Shown here: piece by piece, positions 62,701 through 64,000 of the stretch
Numbering within the stretch: the stretch's first letter is position 1
How the letters are laid out: every line of letters starts with the position of its first letter
From: Octopus sinensis
Lineage: Eukaryota
Length of the DNA: 64,000 nucleotides
Assembly (NCBI RefSeq): GCF_006345805.1
Contig: NC_043002.1
Coordinates: 35,960,001 to 36,024,000, forward strand
Direction of reading: 5' to 3'
Made by a program: the position numbers and the translations under genes
The notes under the pieces: model-generated
Databases searched by the model: none
What the model was told of the DNA's origin: nothing
The model's input: only the letters and a program-made list of their open reading frames with translations

Positions 62701-64000
62701 CACATAAAGTTTTCTCTTTTTCTTTTAGTTTTTGGTTTAAATTGTTTTTAGTCAGACTGCATGTAGCTGGCAATTAAGTTACCTGTGTTTAGGAGCACAG
62801 TGCAATGGTTCTGGTTTGAACACATGAACTGTCAGTCACATGATCAGCACTTTAGCTATCCTCCTATACACTGACTACATTTGTACTATTTGTTTATAAA
62901 TAACCATTCTTTCTTGTAGCACTCAGGCAGCTACTTCATTTATTTATCTTTCTCATCTCAGGAGGCATTAATTATATTTTGTGAATTAAATAATTTACTA
63001 ATTTCTATCTCAACTGCTATTTTAGAACCTCCTTTACACAAATATTCTCAAAATGTGTGATTCATATTAATCACTAATTTATGTATTTTAATTTGATAGC
63101 ATTGCTTAATTTATTACTCACTTTGGTCTATTATCAATTTCTACAGATAAAATAGCTTTTGTTTATTTTTCCATTATAAATTAACCACAACCTGTGACCT
63201 TTTATTTGGGCCAGCAAAATAAGAAAACATATCATTATATATGTATGTCACCTCTTTAACATTTTTGTAATTTATCTATTCATTAGGAGCTAAAATAACT
63301 GTAGATCTAATATTAATTTAAATTGCACCATTTGAAGTTCTACTTTTCCAGTTTTCTTTTCTGTCTTACGTAATTTCACACAAAATGTCATAAATGTAAT
63401 TAAAGAAAGAAAATAATTATTCGAATATTTATATAAAGGAAAGCTTTTATTTATTTATTTATTTCAATCTATTAAAACTATTTCAATAGAATTTAATCAT
63501 GTCGATAATATTAATTTTTGTCTGTATAATTCATTAGTTACTAGGTTAAAGTATTAAGTCATGAGTTAATTACTGTGTGTCCATAGATACAGTAAATTAA
63601 TCTCTTCAGTCTATTTAATTGTTGTTGTTGTGCAGCCCTCTGTCATCCTTGATTGAGGTAACCTATGATCAAAAGCACTCCTGTCATGACCATCCTATCT
63701 TTTATTCAGATTTGGGGTATCTAGAGTTGATTGCATTACCCAAGGAGTTCTTTCTTTTTAACTCTCAAAATCAACCCATCCAAAAACAGCCACTATTAAA
63801 GTGTTTACATTTTAAATTCAAAAGTGTTAAAGATGACAGGTTGTGATTTTAGGGAGATTTGGCTGCTACTTCTAACAGATAATGTAACCACACAAGTTTT
63901 TCAATAGCTGTTCAGTTATTTAGTTGAAAACATCCCATGCGCACACACACAATTTTTATTTCACTTTTATATGGTTAGTAGTAGTATTAAGAGGAGGAAG

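Noticed and set aside
1-64000. CRISPR arrays, prokaryotic operons, rRNA, snRNA or telomeric repeats
   Set aside because: None seen. The regularly recurring motifs are dispersed eukaryotic retroposon copies without repeat-spacer periodicity.

Overview
AT-rich, microsatellite-dense eukaryotic genomic DNA. The SINE families and repeat tails suggest Octopus or another coleoid cephalopod (inference). The window is mostly intronic or intergenic and packed with transposon fossils. Retroelements include many 5'-truncated RTE-clade LINE 3' ends with (GAT)n tails, two tRNA-derived SINE families, a third ~280 bp dispersed repeat, a degraded L1/Tx1 LINE, an R4/Dong-type fragment, and a degraded Penelope-like RT-GIY-YIG ORF plus several Penelope-type terminal repeats carrying minimal hammerhead ribozyme motifs. 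DNA elements include Helitrons and a dead DD34E Tc1 element. At least three phase-compatible coding exons of an unidentified + strand host gene lie at 35743-37455; other candidate exons are weaker. The most notable structures are: (1) a tRNA-headed SINE carrying a hammerhead ribozyme, with an inverted partial copy (8911-9250); (2) a ~950 bp fold-back palindrome filling a host-gene intron (35964-36917); (3) a head-to-tail chain of Helitrons inserted at an A^T site inside a Tc1 terminal inverted repeat (42108-43989); (4) a perfect 94 bp palindrome built from an RTE tail (26798-26891). I found no prokaryotic features, CRISPR arrays, rRNA or true tRNA genes. All family assignments are motif recognition by eye; no database search was run.
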